DNA of 64,000 nt, taken from assembly GCF_009914755.1 (NCBI RefSeq), contig NC_060946.1, one strand, 5' to 3'. Shown here one piece after another: positions 1-15,600 of this stretch. The notes under the pieces were generated by a model. The model had not been told where the DNA came from, did not search any database, and saw only the letters and a program-made list of their open reading frames with translations. This stretch comes from the human T2T-CHM13v2.0 reference genome, Homo sapiens. The translations under genes and the position numbers were made by a program. Position 1 is the stretch's first letter. Each line of letters begins with the position of its first letter.

Positions 1-3000
1 CCCAAATATATATTTTATACTGTACATGAAATATCAAATTTCCCAAACTATATATTATATACTGTACATATAATATCAAAGTACCCAAGGCATATATTCT
101 ATACTGTACAAAAAATAAGAAAGTACCAAAAGCATGTATTATATACTGTACCTAAAATATGAAAGTACATCAAATATATATTTTATTCTGTGCATAAAAT
201 ATCAAAATTCACCAGATATATATTCTATAGTGTACATAAAATATCAAAGTACCCAAACTATACATTATATACTGTAAATAAAATATGAAATTACATCAAA
301 TATATTTTATATTAGGTACATAAAATATGAAAGTACATCAAATATAGATTATATACTGTACATTAAATACCAAATTACCCCAAATATATATTTTATACTG
401 TACATGAAATATCAAATTTCCCAAACTATATATTATATACTGTACATATAATATCAAAGTACCCAAGGTATATATTCTATACTGTACAAAAAATAACAAA
501 GTACCAAAAGCATGTATTATATACTGTACCTAAAATATGAAAGTACATCAAATATATATTTTATTCTGTACATAAAATATCAAAGTACACCAGATATATA
601 TTCTATAGTGTACATAAAATATCAAAGTACCCAAACTATACATTATATACTGTACATAAAATATGAAATTACATCAAATATATTTTATATTAGGTACATA
701 AAATATGAAAGTACATCAAATATAGATTATATACTGTACATTAAATACCAAAGTACCCCAAATATATATTTTATACTGTACATGAAATATCAAATTTCAC
801 AAACTATATATTATATACTGTACATATAATATCAAAGTACCCAAGGTATATATTCTATACTGTACAAAAAATAACAAAATACCAAAAGCATGTATTATAT
901 ACTGTACATAAAATATGAAAGTACATCAAATATATATTTTATTCTGTACATAAAATATCAAAGTACACCAGATATATATTCTATAGTGTACATAAAATAT
1001 CAAAGTACCCAAACTATACATTATATACTGTAAATAAAATATGAAATTACATCAAATGTATTTTATATTAGGTACATAAAATATGAAAGTACATCAAATA
1101 TATATTTTATTCTGTACATAAAATATCAAAGTACACCAGATATATATTCTATAGTGTACATAAAATATCAAAGTACCCAAACTATAAATTATATACTGTA
1201 CATAAAATATGAAATTACATCAAATATATTTTATATTAGGTACATAAAATATGAAAGTACATCAAATATAGATTATATACTGTACATTAAATACCAAAGT
1301 ACCCCAAATATATATTTTATACTGTACAAGAAATATGAAAATACACAAACTATATATTATATACTGTACATAAAATATCAAAGTACCCAAGGTATATATT
1401 CTATACTGTACAAAAAATAACAAAGTACCAAAAGCATGTATAATATACTGTACATAAAATATGAAAGTACATCAAATATATATTTTATTCTGTACATAAA
1501 ATATCAAAGTACACCAGATATATATTCTATAGTGTACATAAAATATCAAAGTACCCAAACTATACATTATATACTGTACATAAAATATGAAATTACATCA
1601 AATATATTTTATATTAGGTACATAAAATATGAAAGTACATCAAATATAGATTATATACTGTACATTAAATACCAAAGTACCCCAGATATATATTTTATAC
1701 TGTACATGAAATATCAAAATACACTAACTATATATTATATACTGTACATAAAATATCAAAGTACCCAAGGTATATATTCTATACTGTACAAAAAATAACA
1801 AAGTACCAAAAGCATGTATAATATACTGTACCTAAAATATGAAAGTACATCAAATATATATTTTATTCTGTACATAAAATATCAAAGTACACCAGATATA
1901 TATTCTATAGTGTACATAAAATATCAAAGTACCCAAACTATACATTATATACTGTACATAAAATATGAAATTACATCAAATATGTTTTATATTAGGTACC
2001 TAAAATATGAAAGTACATCAAATATAGATTATATACTGTACATTAAATACCAAAGTACCCCAAATATATATTTTATACTGTACATGAAATATCAAATTTC
2101 CCAAACTATATATTATATACTGTACATATAATATCAAAGTACCCACAGTATATATTCTATACTGTACAAAAAATAACAAAGTACCAAAAGCATGTATTAT
2201 ATACTGTACCTAAAATATGAAAGTACATCAAATATATATTTTATTCTGTACATAAAATATCAAAGTACACCAGATATATATTCTATACTGTACATAAAAT
2301 ATCAAAGTACCCAAGGTATATATTCTATACTGTACAAAAAATAACAAAGTACCAAAAGCATGTATAATATACTGTACATAAAATATGAAAGTACATCAAA
2401 TATATATTTTATTCTGTACATAAAATATCAAAGTACACCAGATATATATTCTATAGTGTACATAAAATATCAAAGTACCCAAACTATACATTATATACTG
2501 TACATAAAATATGAAATTACATCAAATATATTTTATATTAGGTACATAAAATATGAAAGTACATCAAATATAGATTATATACTGTACATTAAATACCAAA
2601 GTACCCCAAATATATATTTTATACTGTACAGGAAATATCAAGGTTCACAAACTATATATTATATACTGTACATATAATATCAAAGTACCCAAGGTATATA
2701 TTCTATACTGTACAAAAAATAACAAAGTACCAAAAGCATGTATTATATACTGTACCTAAAATATGAAAGTACATCAAATATATATTTTATTCTGTACATA
2801 AAATATCAAAGTACACCAGATATATATTCTATAGTGTACATAAAATATCAAAGTACCCAAACTATACATTATATACTGTAAATAAAATATGAAATTACAT
2901 CAAATATATTTTATATTAGGTACATAAAATATGAAAGTACATCAAATATAGATTATATACTGTACATTAAATACCAAAGTACCCCAAATATATATTTTAT

Positions 3001-6000
3001 ACTGTACATGAAATATCAAAATACACAAACTATATATTATATACTGTACATAAAATATCAAAGTACCCAAGGTATATATTCTATACTGTACAAAAAATAA
3101 CAAAGTACCAAAAGCATGTATAATATACTGTACATAAAATATGAAAGTACATCAAATATATATTTTATTCTGTACATAAAATATCAAAGTACACCAGATA
3201 TATATTCTATAGTGTACATAAAATATCAAAGTACCCAAACTATACATTATATACTGTACATAAAATATGAAATTACATCAAATATATTTTATATTAGGTA
3301 CATAAAATATGAAAGTACATCAAATATAGATTATATACTGTACATTAAATACCAAATTACCCCAAATATATATTTTATACTGTACATGAAATATCAAATT
3401 TCCCAAACTATATATTATATACTGTACATATAATATCAAAGTACCCAAGGTATATATTCTATACTGTACAAAAAATAACAAAGTACCAAAAGCATGTATT
3501 ATATACTGTACCTAAAATATGAAAGTACATCAAATACATATTTTATTCTGTACATAAAATATCAAAGTACACCAGATATATATTCTATAGTGTACATAAA
3601 ATATCAAAGTACCCAAACTATACATTATATACTGTACATAAAATATGAAATTACATCAAATATATTTTATATTAGGTACATAAAATATGAAAGTACATCA
3701 AATATAGATTATATACTGTACATTAAATACCAAAGTACCCCAAATATATATTTTATACTGTACATGAAATATCAAAATACACAAACTATATATTATATAC
3801 TGTACATAAAATATCAAAGTACCCAAGGTATATATTCTATACTGTACAAAAAATAACAAAGTGCCAAAAGCATGTATAATATACTGTACCTAAAATATGA
3901 AAGTACATCAAATATATATTTTATTCTGTACATAAAATATCAAAGTACACCAGATATATATTCTATAGTGTACATAAAATATCAAAGTACCCAAACTATA
4001 CATTATATACTGTACATAAAATATGAAATTACATCAAATATATTTTATATTAGGTACATAAAATATGAAAGTACATCAAATATAGATTATATACTGTACA
4101 TTAAATACCAAATTACCCCAAATATATATTTTATACTGTACATGAAATATCAAATTTCACAAACTATATATTATATACTGTACATATAATATCAAAGTAC
4201 CCAAGGTATATATTCTATACTGTACAAAAAATAACAAAGTACCAAAAGCATGTATTATATACTGTACCTAAAATATGAAAGTACATCAAATATATATTTT
4301 ATTCTGTACATAAAATATCAAAGTACACCAGATATATATTCTATAGTGTACATAAAATATCAAAGTACCCAAACTATACATTATATACTGTAAATAAAAT
4401 ATGAAATTACATCAAATATATTTTATATTAGGTACATAAAATATGAAAGAACATCAAATATATATTTTATTCTGTACATAAAATATCAAAGTACACCAGA
4501 TATATATTCTATAGTGTACATAAAATATCAAAGTACCCAAACTATACATTATATACTGTACATAAAATATGAAATTACATCAAATATATTTTATATTAGG
4601 TACATAAAATATGAAAGTACATCAAATATAGATTATATACTGTACATTAAATACCAAAGTACCCCAAATATATATTTTATACTGTACAGGAAATATCAAG
4701 GTTCACAAACTATATATTATATACTGTACATATAATATCAAAGTACCCAAGGTATATATTCTATACTGTACAAAAAATAACAAAGTACCAAAAGCATGTA
4801 TTATATACTGTACCTAAAATATGAAAGTACATCAAATATATATTTTATTCTGTACATAAAATATCAAAGTACACCAGATATATATTCTATAGTGTACATA
4901 AAATATCAAAGTACCCAAACTATACATTATATACTGTGCATAAAATATGAAATTACATCAAATATATTTTATATTAGGTACATAAAATATGAAAGTACAT
5001 CAAATATAGATTATATACTGTACATTAAATACCAAATTACCCCAAATATATATTGTATACTGTACATGAAATATCAAATTTCCCAAACTATATATTATAT
5101 ACTGTACATATAATATCAAAGTACCCAAGGTATATATTCTATACTGTACAAAAAATAACAAAGTACCAAAAGCATGTATTATATACTGTACCTAAAATAT
5201 GAAAGTACATCAAATATATATTTTATTCTGTACATAAAATATCAAAGTACACCAGATATATATTCTATAGTGTACATAAAATATCAAAGTACCCAAACTA
5301 TACATTATATACTGTACATAAAATATGAAATTACATCAAATATATTTTATATTAGGTACATAAAATATGAAAGTACATCAAATATAGATTATATACTGTA
5401 CATTAAATACCAAAGTACCCCGAATATATATTTTATACTGTACATAAAATATCAAATTTCACAAACTATATATTATATACTGTACATAAAATATCAAAGT
5501 ACCCAAGGTATATATTCTATACTGTACAAAAAATAACAAAGTACCAAAAGCATGTATTATACACTGTATCTAAAATATGAGGAGTACATCAAATACATAT
5601 TTTATTCTGTACATAAAATAACAAAGTACACCAGATATATATTCTATAGTGTACATAAAATATCAAAGTACCCAAACTATACATTACATACTGTACATAA
5701 AATATGAAATTACATCAAATATATATTATATTAGGTACATAAAATATGAAAGTACATGAAATATAGATTATATACTGTAATAAAATATCAAGGTACCCCA
5801 AATATATATTATATACTCTACATGAAATATCAAAGTTCACAAACTATATATTATATACTGTACATATAATATCAAAGTACCCAAGGTATATATTCTATAC
5901 TGTACAAAAAATAACAAAGTACCAAAAGCATGTATTATATACTGTACCTAAAATATGAAAGTACATCAAATATATATTTTATTCTGTACATAAAATATCA

Positions 6001-6620
6001 AAGTACACCAGATATATATTCTATAGTGTACATGAAATATCAAAGTACCCAAACTATACATTATATACTGTAAATAAAATATGAAATTACATCAAATATA
6101 TTTTATATTAGGTACATAAAATATGAAAGTACATCAAATATAGATTATATACTGTACATTAAATACCAAAGTACCCCAAATATATATTTTATACTGTACA
6201 TGAAATATCAAAATACACAAACTATATATTATATACTGTACATAAAATATCAAAGTACCCAAGGTATATATTCTATACTGTACAAAAAATAACAAAGTAC
6301 CAAAAGCATGTATTATATACTGTACCTAAAATATGAAAGTACATCAAATATATATTTTATTCTGTACATAAAATATCAAAGTACACCAGATATATATTCT
6401 ATAGTGTACATAAAATATCAAAGTACCCAAACTATACATTATATACTGTACATAAAATATGAAATTACATCAAATATATATTATATTAGGTACATAAAAT
6501 ATGAAAGTACATGAAATATAGATTATATACTGTACATAAAATATCAAGGTACCCCAAATATATATTATATACTCTACATAAAATATCAAAGTTCACAAAC
6601 TATATATTATATACTGTACA
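1..6620 (+). repeat. Homogeneous HSat1A sub-domain of full-length 378-bp units
   Basis: Near-fixed diagnostic variants AAAAATAACAAAGTACCAAAAGC, TATTTTATATTAGG and CATTAAATACC; no 5-bp deletion; unit lengths are all multiples of 42 (378, 546, 168). Confidence 0.85.
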
Positions 6621-6629
6621 TAAAATATC

Positions 6630-9600
6630 AAATACACAAGGTATATATTCTATACTGTTCAAAAAATATCAAAGTACCCAAAGCATGTATTATATATTGT
6701 ACATAAAATATGAAAGTACATCAAATATATATTTTATTCTGTGCATAAAATACCAAAGTACACCAGATATATATTATATGGTGTACATAAAATATCAATG
6801 TACCCAAACTATACATTAAATACTGTACATAAAATATCAAATTACATCAAATATATATTATATTAGGTACATAAAATATGAAAGTACATCAAATATATAT
6901 TTTATTCTGTACATAAAATATCAAAGTACACCAGATATATATTCTATAGTGTACATAAAATATCAAAGTAGCCAAACTATACATTATATACTGTACATAA
7001 AATATGAAATTACATCAAATATATATTATATTAGGTACATAAAATATGAAAGTACATGAAATATAGATTATATACTGTACATAAAATATCAAAGTACCCC
7101 AAATATATATTACATACTCTACATGAAATATCAAATTTCACAAGCTATATATTATATACTGTACATAAAATATCAAAGTACCCAAGGTATATATTCTATA
7201 CTGTACAAAAAATATCAAAGTACCCAAAGCATGTATTATATACTGTACATAAAATATGAAATTACATCAAATATATATTTTATTCTGTACATAAAATATC
7301 AAAGTACACCAGATATATATTCTATAGTGTACATAAAATTACAAAGTACACAAACTATACATTATATACTGTACATAAAATATGAAATTACATCAAATAT
7401 ATATTAGGTACATAAAATATGAAAGTACATCAAATATAGATTATATACTGTACATAAAATATCAAAGTACCCCAAATATATATTATATACTCTACATGAA
7501 ATATCAAAGTTCACAAACTATATATTATATACTGTATATAAAATATCAAATTACCCAAGGTATATATTCTATACTGTACAAAAAATATCAAAGTACCCAA
7601 AGCATGTATTATATACTGTATATAAAATATGAAAGCACATCAAATATATATTTTATTCTGTACATAAAATATCAAAGTACACCAGATATATATTCTATAG
7701 TGTACATAAAATATCAAAGTACCCAAACTATACATTATATACTGTACATAAAATATGAAATTACATCAAATATATATTATATTAGGTACATAAAATATGA
7801 AAGTACATCAAATATAGATTATATACTGTACATAAAATATCAAAGTACCCCAAATATATATTATATACTCTACATGAAATATTAAAGTTCACAAACTATA
7901 TATTATATACTGTACATAAAATATCAAAGTACCCAAGGTATATATTCTATAATGTACAAAAAATATCAAAGTACCCAAAGCATGTATTATATCCTGTACA
8001 TAAAATATGAAAGTACATCAAGTATATATTTTATTCTGTACATAAAATATCAAAGTACACCAGATATATATTCTATAGTGTACATAAAATAACAAGGTAC
8101 ACAAACTATACATTATATACTGTACATAAAATATGAAATTACATCAAATATATATTAGGTACATAAAATATGAAAGTACCTCAAATATAGGTTATATACT
8201 GTACATAAAATATCAAAGTACCCCAAATATATATTATATACTCTACATGAAATATCAAAGTTCACAAACTATATATTATATACTGTACATAAAATATCAA
8301 AGTACCCAAAGTATATATTCTATACTGTACAAAAAATATCAAAGTACCCAAAGCATGTATTATATACTGTACATAAAATATGAAAGTTCATCAAATATAT
8401 ATTTTATTCTGTACATAAAATATCAAAGTACACCAGATATATATATCTATAGTGTACATAAAATATCAAAGTATGCAAACTATACATTATATACAGTACA
8501 TAAAATATGAAATCACATCAAATATATATTATATTAGGTACATAAAATATGAAAGTACATCAAATATAGATTATATACTGTACATTAAATACCAAAGTAC
8601 CCCAAATATATATTTTATACTGTACATGAAATATCAAAGTTCACAAACTATATGTTATATACTGTACATAAAATATCAAAGTACCCGAGGTATATATTCT
8701 ATACAGTACAAAAAATATCAAAGTACCCAAAGCATGTATTATATACTGTACATAAAATATGAAAGTACATCAAATATATATTTTATTCTGTACATAAAAT
8801 ATCAAAGTACACCAGATATATATTCTATAGTGTACATAAAATATAAAAGTACCCAAACTATACATTATATACTGTACATAAAATATGAAATTACATCAAA
8901 TATATTTTATATTAGGTACATAAAATATGAAAGTACATCAAATATAGATTATATACTGTACATTAAATACCAAAGTACCCCAAATATATATTTTGTACTG
9001 TACATGAAATATCAAAGTTCACAAACTACATATTATATACTGTACATATAATATCAAAGTACCCGAGGTATATATTCTATACTGTACAAAAAATAACAAA
9101 GTACCAAAAGCATGTAATATATACTGTACCTAAAATATGAAAGTACATCAAATATATATTTTATTCTTTACATAAAATATCAAAGTACACCAGATATATA
9201 TTCTATAGTGTACATAAAATATCAAAGTACCCAAACTATACATTATATACTGTACATAAAATATGAAATTACATCAAATATATATTAGGTACATAAAATA
9301 TGAAAGTACATCAAATATAGATTATATACTGTACATAAAATATCAAAGTACCCCAAATATATATTATATACTGTACATGAAATATCAGAGTTCACAAACT
9401 ATATATTATATACTGTACATAAAATATCAAAGTACCCAAGGTATATATTCTATACTGTACAAAAAATATCAAAGTACCCAAAGCATGTATTATATACTGT
9501 ACATAAAATATGAAAGTACATCAAATATATATTTTATTCTGTACATAAAATATCAAAGTACACCAGATATATATTCTATAGTGTACATAAAATAACAAAG

Positions 9601-12600
9601 TACAAAAACTATAAAATACATACTGTACATAAAATATGAAATTACATCAAATATATATTAAGTACATAAAATATGAAAGTACATCAAATATAGATTATAT
9701 ACTGTACATAAAATATCAATGTACCCCAAATATATATGTTATACTCTACATGAAATATCAAAGTTCACAAACCATATATTATATACTGTACATAAAATAT
9801 CAAAGTACCCAAGTTATATATTCTATAATATACAAAAAATATCAAAGTACCCAAAGCATGTATTATATACTGTACATAAAATATGAAAGTACATCAAATA
9901 TATATTTTATTCTTTACATAAAATATCAAAGTACACCAGATATATATTCTATAGTGTACATAAAATATCAAAGTACCCAAACTATACATTATATACTGTA
10001 CATAAAATATGAGATTACATCAAATATATATTATATTAGGTACATAAAATATGAAAGTACATCAAATATAGATTATATACTGTACATAAAATATCAAAGT
10101 ACCCCAAATATATATTTTATACTCGACATGAAATATCAAAGTTCAGAAACCATATCTTATATACTGTACATAAAATATCAAAGTACCCAAGGTATATATT
10201 CTATACTGTACAAAAAATATCAAAGTACCCTAATCAAGTATTATATACTGTACATAAAATATGAAAGTACATCAAATATATATTTTATTCTGTACATAAA
10301 ATATCAAAGTACACCAGATATATATTCTATAGTGTACATAAAATATCAAAGTACCCAAACTATACATTATATACTGTACATAAAATATGAAATTACATCA
10401 AATATATATTATATTAGGTACATAAAATATGAAAGTACATCAAATATATATTATATACTGTACATAAAATATCAAAGTACCCAAATATATATTACATACT
10501 CTACATGAAATATCAAAGTTCACAAACTATATATTATATACTGTACATAAAATGTCAAAGTACCGAAGGTATATATTCTATATTGTACAAAAAATATCAA
10601 TGTACCCAAAGCATGTATTATATACTGTATATAAAATATGAAATTACATCAAATATATATTATATTCTGTACATAAAATATCAAAGTATACCAGATATAT
10701 ATTCTAGAGTGTACATAAAATATCAAAGTACCCAAACTATACATTATATACTGTACATAAAATATGAAATTGCATCAAATATATATTAGGTACATAAAAT
10801 ATGAAAGTACATCAAATATAGATTATATACTGTACATAAAATATCAAAGTACCCCAAATATACATTATATAGTCTACATGAAATATCAAAATACACAAAC
10901 TATATATTATATAGTGTACTTAAAATATCAAAGTACCCAAGGTATGTATTCTATACTGTACAAAAAATATCAAAGTTCCCAAAGTAAGTATTATATACCG
11001 TACATAAAATATGAAAGTACATCAAATATATATTTTATTCTCTACATAAAATATGAAAGTACACAAGATATATATTTTATATATAATATAAATACATAAG
11101 TACACAAAATATCAAAGTACACAAACTATATATTATGTACTGTACATAAAATATGAAATTTCATCAAATATATATTAGGTACATAAAATATGAAAGTACA
11201 TCAAATATAGATTGTATACTGTACATAAAATATCAAAGTACACCAAATATATATTATATACTGAAGATGAAATATCAAAGTTCACAAACTATATATTATA
11301 TACTGTACATAAAATATCAAAGTACCCAAGGTATATATTCTATACTGTTCAAAAAATATCAAAGTACCCAAAGCATGTATTATATATTGTACATAAAATA
11401 TGAAAGTACATCAAATATATATTTTATTCTGTACATAAAATACCAAAGTACACCAGATATATATTATATGGTGTACATAAAATATCAATGTACCCAAACT
11501 ATACATTATATACTGTACATAAAATATCAAATTACATCAAATATATATTATATTAGGTACATAAAATATGAAAGTACATCAAATATATATTTTATTCTGT
11601 ACATAAAATATCAAAGTACACCAGATATATATTCTATAGTGTACATAAAATATCAAAGTAGCCAAACTATACATTATATACTGTACATAAAATATGAAAT
11701 TACATCAAATATATATTATATTAGGTACATAAAATATGAAAGTACATGAAATATAGATTATATACTGTACATAAAATATCAAAGTACCCCAAATATATAT
11801 TACATACTCTACATGAAATATCAAATTTCACAAGCTATATATTATATAGTGTACATAAATTATCAAAGTACCCAAGGTATACATTCTATGCTGTACAAAA
11901 AATATCAAAGTACCCAAAGCATGTATTATATACTGTACATAAAATATGAAAGTATATCAAATATATATTTTATTCTGTACATAAAATATCAAAGTACACC
12001 AGATATGTATTCTATAGTGTACATAAAATAACAAAGTACAAAAACTATAAAATATATACTGTACATAAAATATGAAATTACATCAAATATATATTAAGTA
12101 CATAAAATATGAAAGTACATCAAATATAGATTATATACTGTACATATAATATCAATGTACCCCAAATATATATTTTGTACTCTACATGAAATATCAAAGT
12201 TCACAAACCATATATTATATAGTGTACATAAAATATCAAAGTACCCAAGGTATATATTCTATACTGTACAAAAAATATCAAAGTACCCAAAGCCTGTATT
12301 ATATACTGTACATAAAATATGAAAGTACATCAAATATATATTTTATTCTGTACATAAAATATCAAAGTACACCAGATATATATTCTATAGTGTACATAAA
12401 ATATCAAAGTACCCAAACTATACATTATATACTGTACATAAAATATGAAATTACATCAAATATATATTATATTAGGTACATAAAATATGAAAGTACATCA
12501 AATATAGATTATATACTGTACATAAAATATCAAAGTACCCCAAATATATATTATATAGTGTACATGAAATATCAAACTTCACAAACTATATATTATATAC

Positions 12601-15600
12601 TGTACATAAAATAGCAAAGTACCGAAGGTATATATTCTATCCTGTACAAAAAATATCAAGGTACCCAAAGCATGTATTATATACTGTATATAAAATATGA
12701 AAGTACATCAAATATATATTTTATTCTGTACATAAAATATCAAAGTACACCAGATATATATTCTATAGTGTACATAAAATAACAAAGTACAAAAACTATA
12801 AATTATATTCTGTACATAAAATATGAAATTACATCAAATATATATTGGTACATAAAATATGAAAGTACATCCAATATAGATTATATACTGTACAGAAAAT
12901 ATCAATGTACCACAAATATATATTTTATACTCTACATGAAATATCAAAGTTCACAAACCATATATTATATACTGTACATAAAATATCAAAGTACCCAAGG
13001 TATATATTCTATACTGTACAAAAAATATCAAAGTACCCAAAGCATGTATTATATACTGTACATAAAATATGAAAGTACATCAAATATATATTTTATTCTG
13101 TACATAAAATATCAAAGTACACCAGATATATATTCTATAGTGTACATAAAATATCAAAGTACCCAAACTATACATTATATACTGTACATAAAATATGAAA
13201 TTACATCAAATATATATTATATTAGGTACATAAAATATGAAAGTACATCAAATATAGATTATATACTGTACATAAAATATCAAAGTACCCCAAATATATA
13301 TTATATACTGTATATGAAATATCAAAGTTCACAAACTATATATTATATACTGTACATAAAATATTAAAGTACCCAAGGTATATATTCTATACTGCACAAA
13401 AAAATCAAAGTACCCAAAGCATGTATTATATACTGTATATAAAATATGAAAGTACATCAAATATATATTTTATTCTGTACATTATATATCAAAGTACACC
13501 AGATATATATTCTATAGTGTACATAAAATAACAAAGTACACAAACTATAAATTATATACTGTACATAAAATATGAAATTACATCAAATATATATTAGGTA
13601 CATAAAATATGAAAGTACATCAAATATAGATTATATACTGTACATAAAATATCAATGTACCCCAAATATATATTTTATACTCTACATGAAATATCAAAGT
13701 TCACAAACCATATATTGTATACTGTACATAAAATATCAAAGTACCAAAGGTATGTATTCTATACTGTACAAAAAATATCAAAGTACCCAAAGCATGTATT
13801 ATATACTGTACATAAAATATGAAAGTACATCAAAAATATATATTTAATTCTGTACATAAAATATCAAAGTACACCAGATATATATTCTATAGTGTACATA
13901 AAATATCAAAGTACCCAAACTATTTATTATATACTGTACATAAAATATGAAATTACATCAAATATGTATTATATTAGGAACATAAAATACGAAAGTACAT
14001 CAAATATAGATTATATACTGTACATAAAATATCAAAGTACCCCAAATATATATTATATACTCTACATGAAATATCAAAGTTCACAAACTATATATTATAT
14101 ACTGTACATAAAATATCAAAGTACCCAAGGTATATATTCTATACTGTACAAAAAATATCAAAGTACCCAAAGCATGTATTATATACTGTACATAAAATAT
14201 GAAAGTACATCAAATATATATTTTATTCTGTACATAAAATATCAAGGTACACCAGATATATATTCTATAGTGTACATAAAATATCAAAGTACCCAAAGTA
14301 TAAATTATATACTGTACATAAAATATGAAATTACATCAAATATATATTATATTAGGTACATAAAATATGAAAGTACATCAAATATAGATTATATACTGTA
14401 CATTAAATACCAAAGTACCCCAAATATATATTTTATACTGTACATGAAATATCAAAGTTCACAAACTCTATGTTATATACTGTACATAAAATATCAAAGT
14501 ACCCGAGGTATATATTCTATACTGTACAAAAAATATCAAAGTACCCAAAGCATGTATTATATACTGTACATAAAATATGAAAGTACATCAAATATATATT
14601 TTATTCTGTACATAAAATATCAAAGTACACCAGATATATATTCTATAGTGTACATAAAATATAAAAGTACCCAAACTATACATTATATACTGTACATAAA
14701 ATATGAAATTACATCAAATATATTTTATATTAGGTACATAAAATATGAAAGTACATCAAATATAGATTATATACTGTACATTAAATACCAAAGTACCCCA
14801 AATATATATTTTATACTGTACATGAAATATCAAAGTTCACAAACTACATATTATATACTGTACATATAATATCAAAGTACCCGAGGTATATATTCTATAG
14901 TGTACAAAAAATAACAAATTACCAAAAGCATGTAATATATACTGTACCTAAAATATGAAAGTACATCAAATATATATTTTATTCTTTACATAAAATATCA
15001 AAGTACACCAGATATGTATTCTATAGTGTACATAAAATATCAAAGTACCCAAACTATACATTATATACTGTACATAAAATATGAAATTACATCAAATATA
15101 TATTAGGTACATAAAATATGAAAGTACATCAAATATAGATTATATACTGTACATAAAATATCAAAGTACCCCAAATATATATTATATACTGTACATGAAA
15201 TATCAGAGTTCACAAACTATATATTATATACTGTACATAAAATATCAAAGTACCCAAGGTATATATTCTATACTGTACAAAAAATATCAAAGTACCCAAA
15301 GCATGTATTATATACTGTACATAAAATATGAAAGTACATCAAATATATATTTTATTCTGTACATAAAATATCAAAGTACACCAGATATGTATTCTATAGT
15401 GTACATAAAATAACAAAGTACAAAAACTATAAAATATATACTGTACATAAAATATGAAATTACATCAAATATATATTAAGTACATAAAATATGAAAGTAC
15501 ATCAAATATAGATTATATACTGTACATAAAATATCAATGTACCCCAAATATATATGTTATACTCGACATGAAATATCAAAGTTCACAAACCATATATTAT

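Noticed and set aside
7525-7541. Short inverted repeat TTATATAC-T-GTATATAA and ubiquitous TGTACA palindromes as cruciform or terminator
   Set aside because: Arms are 8 bp or less and almost all A/T; expected in such sequence and too weak to call.
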